From assembly GCF_001447785.1 (NCBI RefSeq), contig NW_015171503.1, positions 3,234,314 to 3,298,313 of the forward strand: DNA of 64,000 nucleotides, read 5' to 3'. The position numbers and the translations under genes are program-made. The stretch comes from Gekko japonicus (taxonomy: Eukaryota). The notes beneath the pieces are model-generated. The model saw only the letters and a list, made by a program, of their open reading frames with translations, made no database searches and was not told the DNA's origin. Shown one piece after another: positions 48,441-61,100 of the stretch; the stretch's first letter is position 1; every line of letters begins with the position of its first letter.

Positions 48441-51400
48441 GATAAGAAGGCAAACTGTGGGTTTCCTTCCTGTTATCTCTTCTGCCGCTGTCCCTTTGAT
48501 GCGTAGACTGATTCTCTCAGGGAATTGCCTTCTTCCTTCCATTCACTTCTCTCTTGCGCATGCACACAAGGAAGGAGGCACGTTGCCCTCTATCTTTGGG
48601 ATGCTAGACACACATCTCTGCATCCGCATCCATAGTAGATAGTTTAGTTAGATTTGATCTCTGTCTCTTGCCTTGAGTTCCCTAAATAAAGAACTCTTTA
48701 TTACTTTGAAACTGACAAGTGCCTCTGTGTAACTCTGTAACTTTGCCAGCGCATGTAGAACAAAGAAGCTCTGCTGCATTTAGCCTTCCTGCAGTCTGCC
48801 ACAATAGAATGTAGATGTTTGGCTTGCTATGCCAGTGATTCTAACAATCATCTCAGACTAACCTACCTGGCAGAGTTCTTGTGAGGATAAAATGGAATAG
48901 AGGAGAATGATGTAAGCCACTTTGGGTGAAAAAACTAGGGTGAGGAAAAGAACATTCAGTATAATGATAGTGGATGGGCTCAAAAGACAAATTTACTTTA
49001 TTGTTGAATGCACCAGTCTTAAGGCTGCAATCCTGTGCATACTTACTGTGCCAGTGAACGTAGTGGGACTGTTGTTTGACTAGACATGCATATCTTCTAG
49101 ATAAGTGTGATGAACAACTAAGTAATGCTGCCTATACTAGCCAAAGAAAGGAGACTCTCCAAAGTCTTGAGGGTGTTGTTAGCAGGAAAGGGAAAGCGTT
49201 AAACTGCTAGGGAAATCCAGAATCTTATTTATTTTGGCTATGATTACAACAAAACATGTTGACCAGTTTGATCTATGCATTTCTACTCTGAAGTTCAATT
49301 GAGCTCCATGGGATATAACTTGAAAGAAAAGTGTGCATAGGGTTGTGAGGCCAAAATGCTATATGATACTTTAAAAAAAAAATCCCCCTGTGTCTTTCCC
49401 TGTAGTTTGAATTAAACATATAAAGCAAAGCAACAGGATTCAAGAGAACATAAACAGTGTTTCAAAACTGAGGATGACTGTTTGAAAAAGTTTACCTTTC
49501 AGATTCTCTGTGTCATCCTATTGGACATCAGAGAAACATAAGGGTAATATATAAGTATTTCCAGGCTTTATGTTTCTTCTATGTGTATCTACAGTGCCAT
49601 CCTAAGGAGAATTACACCCTTGCAAGTCCACTAAAGTGAGTGGGCTTAGACGGATGTAACTCTGCTTAGGAATGCACTGCTGAACTTCTTTTGCAGCTAG
49701 CACAATGTAATCTAAATATGGGCCAAAATAAATGTATGCTAGGAGATCCATTGATGGATATTTTAGCACAATGTCCACTTTGGCCCAGATTGTGCAAAAC
49801 CCTTCAACTTAATATTGAGGATGAAATTGGACATGTGGTGGTGCAAAGCTTATTTTGGGGTGCAGAGGGCATGCAGCTGTTCCAGTTCCTTATTGAAACC
49901 TTCCCAATATAAGCTTCTTGGAGGTAACCCAAATAGATGCTCTTGGTGCCATAAGCAGTGTTTGGACTTGGCACCAGTGCATCTCCCCTTGTAGGGGACA
50001 GTCTTCAAAGGGTGGGGTATGTGATTCAGGGTGGTCCGACTCCAAATATTATTGGGGATATAGCATCCCCCCAGTTTCTAAATGTACATTTCCCCAGGGG
50101 CACTCTACTTTTTAGCAGTTCTCAAAAGCTGGGCTTTGGTCCAGGAAACAGCATCGGTCCAGTGTGGGGGTGTATGAGGTGTGGTAGGCCAAGGCTTACT
50201 TGGGGGTAGAGATTATTTTAAGTATTTTCAGTATTTGTGGTTGTATTCATGAGTGAGGAACTAGGAATAAGGAACTTGGACCTGGTAACCAACAACAGCC
50301 CCTTTGGCAATCCTAGTATATACTGAACATTCGTACTCATGAAGTGTCCTGGAGAATTTGAAAGCTTGGTCAATGTTTTGTGACATTTTTGGTCCTCATA
50401 AATGCGTTGCCCCGCTATTGATTTTGAATTTTTCCTAAACGTCTAGTGCCTTATTTCTGTCTCTCTGCTGACTGTATCAGTTGCTACAAAGTAACAGAAA
50501 CAAGTCAGAAGTTGCTGTAGAGTCCCCTTCCCCTCTAAGCTGTATATGGTGTCTACCTAAGGTAGACTACCTTATAACTTTCCACCATTGCACTCTAGTT
50601 TAAATCAATTCTAGACGATAACAGGTAATGTTCAAGTGAGATTGTGTTTTGCAAGCAACACAGTGGGAAAGTTTGTATGGAAACTATAAAAAATAAGTTG
50701 TTCAAGTTTTCCCTTTTCCCTTCTCTTATACAGAGGAAAGATGGAATTTATACCTACTAATGCCTTTGTGAGCCCTTTAAAAGGATTCTTGATATTGTCA
50801 CCAGCAACTCAGAAAAAGAAAGATGGCACCATATACTCTAAATTAGACGACAAACCACGAAGTATCCTTTGGTCACATAGTAAACAATGTACACAATGTA
50901 CATTTATACACTTACACATTCAGTTTTACTTTTGATTTAATATAAAAGTTCTCTGATTATCCAGATACTTATTTAGTGCCTCTGGCACCCTCCTTTTTCA
51001 AAAGAGAGCATAAGAAATGTGGGGAGATTTTACTTAAGTCTTGCCTGCCCAGCCTCAGATAATGACAACCTGCTTAACAGGGTTTGCAGATACTTGTCCT
51101 GAACTTTCAGCATAGGACAAGCTATAAATCACTTGTGGGCAGCTGGCAGCTATTGGGCCAAATCTGGCTCTCACATTATCTCTAGTTGGTTAAACATAAC
51201 AGCTATAAAGCAAGATTTCTTTTTAGTCCTTATCAACACACTGCTGGCTTCAGGACTTCAGATGACAAGCTACAAGAGTTGTAGGCTTTTGCAGAGTCCC
51301 TTTCTTTCCCAAACTTGGAAGTGTATCAGTGGCTTCTTCTACACAGGGACAGTTTTATGTGTTAGCTTTCATTGCTGCTTTGAATGCAAAGGAACTTTGT

Positions 51401-52084
51401 CCACTTCGTCTCCTATGGCCACCATTCTCCCATCACCACCAGAGAGCTTTTAAAAAAATCTGCATTTGACATATTGCTATAGCATTATAATGTTATTAAA
51501 AATGTATCTTCTAGCTCCTTTGAATAATCACGTTTCAGTTTTTTTTAAAAAGAAAGTCTCTAGACCAGGTGTCTTTGATGAGGCACGCACCGACACCTTT
51601 CCTGGTGCTCACCAAGTGTTCTTAGACTGTAGGTGGGGCATGTAGGATTCTTGCCCAGTAGGCCACTGAAGAGCTGATTGGCTTGTTTCAGTGGTTGCTG
51701 CTATCACCATAATGCTGGTTTTATTCTCTGTCGTTCCTCTTTCCCAACATATTTTTGTTTTAAAATTACCTCTCTTCTCCCCTGCACTTGAGCTTCCTTT
51801 CTGTATGTGACTCCACCTCCTGTGTACAACTCCTGCATACAACACTTGTACTTGTCAGAATTCCAAAGGAGCCCACAGGTTCAAAAAGGTTCGGGACCCC
51901 TGCTCTAGCCCCTTGTGTTGTAGATATCAAGGGAAAGGCATATCTTGACTGCACAAATAGATAGCGGACAGAGACAATTTAAAAAAAATGAAAGCTAGGG
52001 ATTCAGGTAGTAGATTATTATAGTGCTACAGTGATATGTCAACTGATGTTTTTTTTTTTTTAAAGCTCTAAATGCTTCCTGGTG

Positions 52085-52181
52085 ATGGGGACATGGCAGC
52101 TATGGAGGGAAGGGCTGAAGCAAAGAAAATGCAGACAATTTGGATACCACTTGCAAAAATGTACACTTTCCCATCCACATG
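52085..52181 (+). CDS. FAM227A: FAM227A candidate first coding exon (exon acceptor at 52066)
   Basis: Poly-T/AAAG acceptor; MGTWQLWREGLKQRKCRQFGYHLQKCTLSHPH then G|GTATAC, phase 1 fits the next exon. Confidence 0.5.
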
Positions 52182-55100
52182 GTATACATGCATGCTTTTA
52201 CTGTGATATTTTGAAGATTGAATCAAACCAGGTTTGGGAAAAACTATAGGAACATGCAGGACAACACAGAAAATGGCAAATCGGGGGGATGATGTCATCC
52301 AGATCCTCCAAAAAACCTGTTCTGGTTTGCATGCAAAACTAGAGGAAAACCTCCATATGGAATCAGCCAGTCTCTCTCTTTGGGCATAAACCATCTATGC
52401 ATAAGGGGTGGCTGCATGGGAGTGGTAAAAAAACAACAAGGTGAATTCAAGATGTGCTAAATGTGGGCCTTTTAAAATGCATCATAAATGAGTGTCTTTA
52501 CAAAGCGCTGCCATCCTTTTTTTCTGTTGATCCACACCTTGCCCTGAGCATTACTGAAGACTGGCTTTCCAGCCAGATTAAGTAATGATTTCTGCAATAA
52601 CTATAACATTTATACATTACCTTTAAAAAGATAATACATGCAAGGGAAGGCAATAGGAAATGAAAATGGCAGCAGGAAATTCTTACACCTCAAAGGCTTT
52701 CAATCTGTTTATCACATGTTTATCTCACCGTTCCTTCAAGGAGTGATATTTCATGCATGACTTTTCCCATTTTATCCTCACAACAGCCCTGTGAAGTAGT
52801 AGATCAGGCTGAGAGTGTATGACTGGCCCAAGGTTGTCCAGTGAGCTTCATAACAGAGAGAGGATTCAAAGCTACATCTCACCAGCCCAACATATTTTAT
52901 TAACCACTAAATCACACTAGTTTTCAAAAGAAACCCTCTCAGAAGGCTTTCAGTCTTCCAAAAGGCTCCTTAACAGAGATTTGTAGTGTATGTTGTTGGA
53001 ACCATGCAGCAAGTCAACCAGAAAATCGCAAATTTCAAAGGGGGACTGCAAAAATTTGACAGTAGTGACCTGGTGAGTTAAAGAGATCTTGCATCACTTT
53101 TATGCAAAGAATCCCAGAATTCAAGTATTGTTTTTAGTGATGCTGGATTTCATCAGTAGATGATTTGGCAAAGTATCCTACTTAGCCTTTTCAATGACAA
53201 GATGAAAATCAGCTTGGGTTCTTTTCTTTTTAGTGGAGATGTCCTGTAGCATCCTTTATTGAGCTCTCCATAGACCAAGAGTGTAAACCAGGTGCAATGG
53301 TTTTACTGATTACTGAACCAGTTTTAAATTTTGCAAGCTAGCCAGCTTGCAGCCAGTTGTGTTCACAGTGCAAGAAAGCGAGAACAAGATGGCAAATATC
53401 CAGGAGACTAATGGTTTGGCTGTGTCTGTAACTGTTCAAAAAAGAGGGGTAGGAACAGACTATGCTAAACAGGTTACAGGTATGTAAGCCCCAGTCATTC
53501 CTTTTCAGAGACCTATGTTTCTTTAAGTCTCCAAAAAGCAACAAGCAAACAAAAGTGTTCATGAATTAGAAACAAAAGATGTTTTGTGCCCTATTGATTT
53601 CCATGAGAAAGATTTTAGCATGTGTCAATGGGACTGAAAAGTCTGGACTGACTCGTGCCCAGTATAACGTTTTTTTAATAATATATATGTATTAATTTTC
53701 AAACATTCAAAGAAAGAAAGAAAGAAAAACACATCGGAAAAGGCTATTTTGGATTCCACGCCAAGAGGTTCTTACATGACATAACTAATTCAATTCATTT
53801 GTTTCTATAACTTATAACATTAAGTCATCACCTCCTTCCTAACTGAAAACAAAAGAAGAACAAAGAGAAAAGCCATAACCATTCTAATAGTCTAATTCCT
53901 AATCAATTAATCTGATTCAAAATTTATAGGATTATTAAATTATTAATTTAAATCTTTCCCATTACCCATTTTAGAATTGCATTACTATCCACTTCAATAA
54001 TCACTCAATTCAAGTAGTTATCTTACACATCATAAATCACAACAAGTAAACACCAACAGGTTTTGTTAATGGAGAGAGAGGGTCAGATAAGGGAGAGGGC
54101 TTTCCATTTTATAATCATCCTTGTCCTTCCATTCCTCCCTGAATCCAGTTTTCTTCTTTTCTTCTACCCAGTGTCACATACAATTTAAACATTGCTCCTG
54201 CCATACTAATAATTCCTTAATTTCTTATCTATATACTAATAGCGAAACGCGCCCCCTGCGTGCAGATATCTAAATCCACACATCGGGGGCACCTGGGGGG
54301 CAGGGAGATTTTCCTGCACACTTGGGGCAGTCCCCAGGTGTGCACAAAAATCTAAAAAGTTGAAAAAAAGAAAAGGGGCGATATTTAAATGCCCCAAAAA
54401 GTAAAAGAGCCTTCCCTGCGCATGCACAGGGAACGCTCTGGGAACTCTGCAGTGGGCTGGCGGTTGGAATACGCTCAGGCCTTGCCGTGGGGGGGGAGGA
54501 GGAAGAGATCGGCGGAGGAGGAGGAGACTGCCGGAGCCAGGGGGGAGGGGAAGAAGGAGATCGGTGAGGCCTGGCGGCTGCAAGCCGCTCGGGCCTTGCT
54601 GCCGGGGGTGGGGGAGGACACGGGGGGGATCTGCGAGNNNNNNNNNNNNNNNNNNNNNNNNNNNNNNNNNNNNNNNNNNNNNNNNNNNNNNNNNNNNNNN
54701 NNNNNNNNNNNNNNNNNNNNNNNNNNNNNNNNNNNNNNNNNNNNNNNNNNNNNNNNNNNNNNNNNNNNNNNNNNNNNNNNNNNNNNNNNNNNNNNNNNNN
54801 NNNNNNNNNNNNNNNNNNNNNNNNNNNNNNNNNNNNNNNNNNNNNNNNNNNNNNNNNNNNNNNNNNNNNNNNNNNNNNNNNNNNNNNNNNNNNNNNNNNN
54901 NNNNNNNNNNNNNNNNNNNNNNNNNNNNNNNNNNNNNNNNNNNNNNNNNNNNNNNNNNNNNNNNNNNNNNNNNNNNNNNNNNNNNNNNNNNNNNNNNNNN
55001 NNNNNNNNNNNNNNNNNNNNNNNNNNNNNNNNNNNNNNNNNNNNNNNNNNNNNNNNNNNNNNNNNNNNNNNNNNNNNNNNNNNNNNNNNNNNNNNNNNNN

Positions 55101-58100
55101 NNNNNNNNNNNNNNNNNNNNNNNNNNNNNNNNNNNNNNNNNNNNNNNNNNNNNNNNNNNNNNNNNNNNNNNNNNNNNNNNNNNNNNNNNNNNNNNNNNNN
55201 NNNNNNNNNNNNNNNNNNNNNNNNNNNNNNNNNNNNNNNNNNNNNNNNNNNNNNNNNNNNNNNNNNNNCCCCCCCCGCGAGTATCGCGGGTCCCCTTTCT
55301 TGTAATTTCTAAATACGATTTCCCCTTGTTAACTCCTTCCTATATATCAAACCAGCAAAAGAAAAGAAAGAAAGAACAAGGAAATCTAAAACATAAATCG
55401 GTTTATCATTTTTTTCTTAGTTCAATAATTAATTATTATCCTGTTATTTAACATACACTGGCACTGTCAAACAAAACAGAGGTGCCCTTCCAACATAAAT
55501 TTGAGTAATCAAACAATGAAAAATGCCTATAATACACCTTTAGCAGACATTGAAACAAAGGGGGGACTTCTGGTTTTGACGCTTTAAACGATGGCGGCGT
55601 CTCTTGGTTTCTCTGAGAGACGTGTTCCATGAATCGGGGATTAGGAGGGAGCGTGATTGTGCACGCTCCCCCATGGAGACCATAGACAATGGGCTTCTAG
55701 CCAGGGGGCTTTGGAGAGCCCTACCTCCGGCCGGCAGCCGGTACGGGGGTCTACTCTCTGCCCTGAAGGTCCTGCTCTGATTCCCAGTACTGGATTAGAA
55801 GCCACCACCAGGACAAGCATTTGGAGGTTTAGCAATTTTCTCTGCCTGGCATGATCCCAGGGGCCGTCTTAGAACCTGGTAGATCGATTCAAGGATTGAT
55901 GAGTGAGTTGCCGTTGAAACAAGGCACTAAAGCCTAGACGTGAAGTCCCTCTACTATAAGCGTATAAACGGAGGGGGGAGGGGATGCCCTATCTCCCGAC
56001 GTTTTAAGCAAATGCGAAAGCAAGGATGGAGGGACTGATCAAATTGTGGTGATGGACTGTAGCAGAGAGTTTTTCTGAAAGAAAGCTGAGAGTTTAAACA
56101 GACCGTAGAGACTTTGGCATTCTTTCTCGGCTGATGTAAACATCCCCAAAAGATGGCGACGAGAGGTGAAGAGGAAGGCGGGATCAATGCTTTCTTCAGG
56201 AAGGAGAACATTCTCTCCCTCCTCTACACTCTTCTCCCCCTTAATTCGTATGAAAAAAATAAAAAACACACACAACCCCCCCCCCCAACAAAACAATTTC
56301 TAAAAATGGCTGGTCGCAGCTAACGAAAACATGGCGGCCATGTTTTCTACCCTCGGTCGCTCTTGCTCCGGGGCAAAAACGGCACACCCACACACTTGCC
56401 AGGTGCAAGGGGTGGCTGAATCAAGCCCCCTGCTACCCCCTCCCTCTGGGAGATTGGGCGGTGCCCCCGAAGAACCAGGGAACCACCGAAAGGAGCAAAA
56501 GGGGGAGCGGGTGATTTGGGAGTCCCGACGAGCACCCGCTTGCTCGCCGCACCATACCGGAAGTGTTGGAGTTTTTATAAAAATTGTGATTCAGCAGAGA
56601 AAAACAGCTTAGCAATGCCAAAGTGCAATAATCAGACTCAGAGTCCATGTGTGTTTAAAATATAAAAGTTTTACTACATTCTAGCACAGGGAAAGGTAAC
56701 TGGGAGGAAAATAACAACACAGCTAAACAGCTACATCCTCACTCTACAAAGGACGAGACTAGAAGAGCTTGCAATGGCTACTCTTACACGCTTCTTGTTG
56801 AAACAGAACAAAGACGGGAAGAGGAGCCATAAAATGCAAAAACACTTTGACACTTTGCTTCCAATCAAACTCTTAGAACAGGAAGAATTTTCCCGGGCTG
56901 GCAGACCTAAAGTAACATTGGCTTACACAAAAGCATGTGGTTTCCTGTAACAACAAAACAGACATTTAACCCAATATATACTGAGTGTTTTTATCTTCTG
57001 CATTCTCTCTCCCTCCTTTACAGACATCATTCTTCTCCCCCTTAATTCGTATGAAAAAAATAAAAAACACACACAACCCACCCCCCCCACCAAACAAATC
57101 TCTAAAACAGAAATGGCTGGTCGCAGCTAACGAAAACATGGCGGCCATGTTTTCTACCCTCGGTCGCTCTTGCTCCGGGGCAAAAACGGCACACCCACAC
57201 ACTTGCCAGGTGCAAGGGGTGGCTGAATCAAGCCCCCTGCTACCCCCTCCCTCTGGGAGGTTGGGCGGTGCCCCCGAAGAACCAGGAAACCACCGAAAGG
57301 AGCAAAAAGGGGAGCGGGCGATTTGGGAGTCCCGACGAGCACCCGCTCGCTTGCCGCACCATACCGGAAGTCCCTTGCCCAGTATAACTTAAGACTTTAG
57401 TATCTGAATATATTTTAAAAAACTTACATTTTGCTTTCTCCAGCTGGATGAGACGGCCAGGATAGTTCACAGCCCACCACTAAAACAGTAAAATAGCAGA
57501 AAAGTGCAGCAATAATTGCAGAAAACAGGCCAAATCCATTTCTGCATCAGCAATATAAAATTGATCATACAATAAAAAGCTATCTGCCAGAAACAATTGG
57601 CAATTCTCCATCAGAAAAACCTGTCTAATTTCCTAGTTTCCAAAGACCCTCTTTTAAAAATTATTTTCAGCAGCCATTACAAACTTAACAGAGAGGAAGT
57701 GATGCAAACCACCTTTGAGAGTGCCTTCTGTAACAGTAGTGCTAGAAAGCCCTCTCTCTTGTGGCCACCCACTGGTACTTCTGAAAAGGAAGGCTTCACA
57801 GATGACCTCAGTGTTTGGATAGGTCTATCTGGGAGAAGGTGATCCTTAAGAAATTCTGGTCCTAAATCATTTAGAGCTGTAAAGGTTACAATACCAGCAG
57901 TATGAATTGGGACCCAAAATAGACAGGCAACCAGTGCAAATGAAACAGAATAGAATATATCCTTTGTTGGTTTGTCCTTATTACCAGCATGGCAACAGAA
58001 GCCTTCTCAAAACATGAATGAAATCCATGTAATACCTTTTATTAGTACAAATCAAATTTACACAAAACATTATGCAAGCTTTTGAGCTCACCAGAAGTCT

Positions 58101-61100
58101 TCCTCAGGCTGGATGTTAGACAATGTAAAAAGAAAGCTTGAAGCAGGTTCTTCAGGCCATAGGGTTAAAGGTCTGATCTTGCATCCATCCAACGAAAGTC
58201 CAACATCCACCCCCAGATTAGTCATATATCTGGCCAAGAATGCCTCCATTTTGCCTGGATGAAATTTGTCGTGTCCCCCCCCCCCAACGTCCATGCAGTC
58301 ACTGATTTCTGGTATGCCTTCAGAGTCTCCAAAGATTCCCCGATCTTAGATAGAAATGAGAAAGACAGCAATCATATGCATATTGATGACAAAGAAGTCC
58401 AAATCACTGGATAACTACCCCCACCAAAAGAACAAGGTAGACACTTGTTGTATCCCCTCCCACCATCTTTTGAGAACTATCCTCCAGGAAGGAAGGGAGT
58501 CTTGAAAGTCTTGAAAGTCACCAGGGTCAATGGTATCAAAAGACTCTGACAGATACAGAAAGACCAGCAGGAAGGAATGCACTCATCCTATCTATGTCCT
58601 GGCACAGGTCGTCTTAGGTTAAGGTGACTAAGAGCCAAGCTAGATGAGAAGTTTTACATGAGTTACGTCAGAGTTCCAAGGTGAAATGGCCATGGGGGTT
58701 CCTAGCTTGCTCACTGTGGAGCTACATATGTACTGCTTATGGCTGTTTTGGTTCAGGAAAATGACCCTGGATGGAGATTGAAACCCCTTCTCCTTCTGTG
58801 CTATGTTCCCAAGCCAAATTGGGCCCCAGTACACTTGGGAGCATTAGTTTTCCCACAGCATGGATGACTGCAAATCGGGTGTCAGGATTGGTCAAGTTTG
58901 GTCCTAAGGCAGTTCTGAAAACAGGCTAGAAAGCTCTCTGTCATAGATCCAGGTAAGCAGTATCCTCCAGGGAATGCTGGAATTTCACTGCTACCACATA
59001 TGCACCTTGGCCATAAAATATCCCCTTGTGGAGGCTGCATTGCCACAATGAATGCCTCTCCAATTCTCAATGGTAATGTGAGCAGAACAGGGAATCATTC
59101 CCATGTGGAAGCAATCTAAGAATGCATTTGAAGGTGCTCTTGACTTCCTCGTTTGCCACAAAGAAAGTAAACTGTAAGATTCCATTAAGCTCTAGGAAAA
59201 TAATCTGTAACACTAATTATTTTTATTATTGAAGGTAATTGAGGATACAAGTCAGAAAAGATCTTCAGGACAAAAGAGAGCTCGACAGATGTCAAGGCAA
59301 ATTAGGGGGAAAGGTATGCATTAAATTACTACCTACCTTTGCACTGTGTTTATAAGTCATTAGTACATGTTTTTAAAATATGTGTGTGTTTGTACAGCTT
59401 TTACCGAGGACTCCCTTTCAACTTGCTAGCCAGGTTCATGCCTGCTTAGCTTTAGTAATGTTTTAGTATCAGGTTTTACAGACTGTTCAAAGGGCCTAGA
59501 GCATGTCAGTATTTTCTTTCAATAAGTACCTGTTTGGCACATACTCTGGAGTAGAATTCCATCTGAATGTGGACTAGGTGTGAGGGAAGGGATAGCAATC
59601 TTGCTATATCATTGATAAAAGTTAAATTTTTCAAATGCAAAATTTTTGTATCTCAGAAATGTTTCTGGATCCCAGGGTAAAGTCACCAAATAAGAAACAT
59701 CTCATCAGTGGTGCATCTGAGGGGTGTCAGTCATGAAGCACATTGTGCAGTCTTGGGCAAGTTGCTTTTTGTCAGCTTAAATGGTCTCACAGGGTTCTTG
59801 TGAAGACAACTTGGGTTCCTCCATGTAGTGCACCCAGAGCATCTTGAAGGGAGGAGTGAATTCACATGTGATAGATCAATATATGGAACACGTGGCTAGC
59901 CACCCCTCTCTCCATGCTGAGATGGGTGTAACACCAGTGCAGTTCACTGACATGAAGCAGTTAGTTAGTTTAGTTAGTTTTTTATTGCAGTCTTGAGACC
60001 AACGTACAGAGTAAGCATAAAACAGTCATAATAGACATGAAGGAGATCTAAAGGCCAGACTAGGCACTTGCTTTGTTTAAGAGATGGGGAACCCAGACCA
60101 GTTCAGGTTCTCCATAGCAGCTGTGGGGAATGCCTACTGGAAAAAACCAACGTAGAGTCTGTCTGGGGTCAGAATGCTGCCAAACTCATTTTCCATGCCA
60201 ACACAATAGCGTGTGTGTGGGGGGGGAGTTATTTCTCCATTTTTGCTGCTCCATGTGGAGTATTCTATGCACATTGAGTGACAAAATCATGGAAATAACT
60301 CCCCCCCCCCCGGCTGTTTTGGCATTGAAAACGGCTGAGGGGGAAGCGGGAGCCTCCCCCTGTGGCAGTGTTTTCAGCCCACGTGGGCTCTGCTTTATTT
60401 TTTTATATTCATACCCCACAGCTGCTGTTTGGCCTGGAGTCAGCTATGCCTGGGGAGGGGGAGTCAATAACACCTATTAGTTGAAATCCATTTGATCCAC
60501 ATTGCAATTCTACTATAGTAAAGTACGACCAACACTATGCATATGCACATTGTAAAGTGCAGTACATATGATGAAAATACTACTTCATTTTTCTGGTTGA
60601 ACTGAAGTATCTACAAGCCAAAGTCCAGTACACCAATTCAACCAGTTCCCACATAGGTTTGTCCGTTATATCACAATAATTCAGGTGCTCAGTAGAACTC
60701 TTCGTTTCTTTCTGTTGCAGAGAAAGAGTGGAAGGCAATACAGAGTGCACATGTTTCTGCTGATATACGTCAGAGCAAAGCACCCCCGAAGAAGGTACGA
60801 TGGGTTGCTGGAGCCATCCATTCTATTCCCGTTTTTGGGTATTATTTAGAAGGTAGACAGATTGCAGGTAGTCAGGGAGCTTCTTTTTGAGAGTAGTGCC
60901 TGTAAAGATGCCACATTGGATCAGATTGCTGTAACATTGTTTTATTTACTTAGATATTTATACCTCCACCTTTCTTCTCGTTGGGAACCCAAAGCGGCTT
61001 AAAACATTCTTTTTTCCGCCATTTTATCCTTACCTGTAAATGGGAGAGAGTGAGTACCCAAGGGCACCCAGTGAGCTTCCATGGTGAAGCAGGGATTCAA

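Larger units (their letters stand above)
53669..57375 (-). mobile_element. Composite non-autonomous L1-type insertion with 13-bp TSD in a FAM227A intron
   Basis: TGCCCAGTATAAC at 53656-53668 and 57376-57388; minus-strand 5' end GGGACTTCCGG, A-rich 3' end at ~53670. Confidence 0.75.

Noticed and set aside
54389-55451. 307-aa and 295-aa ORFs
   Set aside because: Artefacts of translation through the N gap.
56331-57470. Duplicated 93/135-aa ORFs as tandem genes
   Set aside because: They lie within the duplicated retroelement leader and have no recognisable domain.
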